Assembly (NCBI GenBank): GCA_038087875.1
Contig: CM075994.1
Coordinates: 5,022,001 to 5,086,000 of the forward strand
Direction of reading: 5' to 3'
Source: Malacoraja senta
Lineage: Eukaryota
DNA length: 64,000 nt
How positions within the stretch are numbered: the first letter of the stretch is position 1; every line of letters begins with the position of its first letter. Both the position numbers and the translations under genes were made by a program. Below the pieces are notes generated by a model. The model saw nothing but the letters and a program-made list of their open reading frames with translations. It had not been told where the DNA came from and ran no database searches. Shown here in pieces: positions 62,380 to 64,000 of the stretch.

Positions 62380-63102
62380 TTAGGACAAAGGACATTTATT
62401 GTCACGTACACCAATTGTTGTAGTGAAATTTGATTTGCCATTTACAGCACACCAATAAAAAATAAAGCTCAACATTAAAGAATGTTACATAAAACATCGC
62501 CCCAAAATGGTTACCACTGTGAGGGAAGGCCACATAGTCCAGTCCTCTTCTTCATGTTCACCCATGGTTGGGCCTATTGAGCCCTCCGCAGAACGCGACG
62601 GCGGCCCGTTGTTTCATGCCCTCTCGCCGGATGATGGAGCTCCGGGGTCGGGAGAACACTCTCAGCGGCTTGGGCTGTCTGGAACGTGCAATTCCTACCG
62701 GAGACCGCGATTCCCAAATTCCACAGGCCGCGCTGGTCGGTGCTCCAACACTGGCGATCTGGGCGAAAGATCCCACGCTCCGCGGTGTTCAAAGTCAGCG
62801 CCGCCCGCAGCTGGACGCTCCGCAACCACAACTCTGCGATGTTGTAGTCGACGGTCTCAGCACTCTGGAGCTTACCACACGGCGACCAGGGTAAGTTATC
62901 GCCCGTTCCACGATGGAGCTTCAGAGCTGTGCTCGGAGGAAAGTCGCATCTCCGACTAGGTACGGACTAAGAAATGCAGTCCCCCCCCCTCCCGCATATA
63001 AAAAGACTAGACCTCCAAAATAAACAATTTCACCACACTAAAATAAAAAAGGGTGAAAGGACAAAAAGCTGCAGGCAGGACAGCCATTCTCGACGGCGCC
63101 CC
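62380..63102 (-). mobile_element. Non-coding GC-rich retroposon-like insertion (possible Rex-dependent SINE)
   Basis: Interrupts the Rex element; minus strand ends gtgacaataaatgtcctttgtcc, like the Rex 3' end near 12935; no recognisable protein motifs. Confidence 0.45.
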
Positions 63103-63299
63103 AACTCCTCGTTGGCGCCCCTACTCTAAAATATTAGTAAGACCTTTATTTCAGAGTACCTTTCCTTGCAGGTCCGATTCCTCTCCTCAGCTTATATTTT
63201 ACCACCCTTTAGAGGTCTGCATCCCCGCTCCTGTAGGCTTCCTCTTTAGACTGTCTGAGCTGTCTGAGTTCTGCAGTGCGCCAGGGCTTGTCGATGTTG

Positions 63300-64000
63300 A
63301 ACAAGGTTCGGGTCCTAGTTGGAATGCAAATTCTGACAAATTATGATACAGCGTCTGTATACTCATCGACGTTTGTGATTGCTTTCCTCAACAGTCAAAG
63401 TAGGGTTGTATGTTTTCAATGGCCTCGCGTGTCCACCGTTCCGTTGTACTGAACTTAGGCTTAACAGACTTTAGTTTCTGCCTATAGATCGGAATAAGGT
63501 GAACTAGACAATGATCAGCAAGACCCAGACCCGCCCTGGGAACATATCGATATGCGTTCTTGATTGACGTGTAACAGTGGTCAAGTGTTCACTCCCCCCC
63601 TGGTGGGGCAGGTAAACTGCAGTCTGTGTTTGGATGGTCACGGTTGATGTTACCTTTGTTAAATGTTCCCAAAACAATGACCATGGAGTCCGGGATGTTA
63701 TTCCCTTTCCTCATTACCTTGTCAGCGAGTTGAATTTGCGCCTCACGTACGCAGGGAAGGGGGGGGGGTGATGTAAACTCCAGCCAGAATGAAGTTTAAA
63801 TTTCCTCGGAGAGTAGAAGTGTTTGCAGTTAATAAAGAAGGATTCCGCGTTGGGAGAGCATAAGGTTGAAATACCGTGATGTCGGTGCGCCAGTCCGGGT
63901 TGGTTTAGAGGCATTTTCTACCGCCTCTTTATTACGCCGCTGCCTCCCCTTCACGGTCCGCTTTGTGAAGTTGCAAATCAACCAGTTGCAGCGCGATATC
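63300..64000 (-). mobile_element. Rex1/Babar LINE endonuclease region, runs off window
   Basis: Minus strand gives TLDHCYT, DHCL and CKHFYSPRKF, similar to 14900-15570. Confidence 0.75.

Overview
Eukaryotic, repeat-dense genomic DNA with three assembly gaps. The repeat complement (CR1 LINEs with (CATAGAAA)n/(TCTATTG)n tails, V-SINE remnants, Penelope tails, Rex1/Babar LINEs, DIRS1) suggests a cartilaginous fish, possibly a skate or ray; this is an inference. Almost every long ORF in the track is transposon-derived: two DIRS1-type tyrosine-recombinase retroelements (10708-20797 and 39774-44883), a young CsRn1-like Gypsy (30779-35188), an older Mag-like Gypsy (37729-48026), Rex1/Babar and CR1 LINEs, a Penelope element, a non-autonomous Helitron, a hAT MITE and three copies of a GC-rich Harbinger-type MITE, often nested two or three levels deep. 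The main non-obvious result lies in the AT-rich unique DNA. It holds a minus-strand series of mutually similar phase-1 micro-exons of 36, 27 and 18 nt spread over about 55 kb. Nine of them splice without a stop into a heptad coiled coil built from a 21-aa (36+27 nt) unit. The window therefore looks like the TE-filled interior of an unidentified micro-exon coiled-coil gene that the ORF track cannot show. All calls were made by eye; no database search was run.
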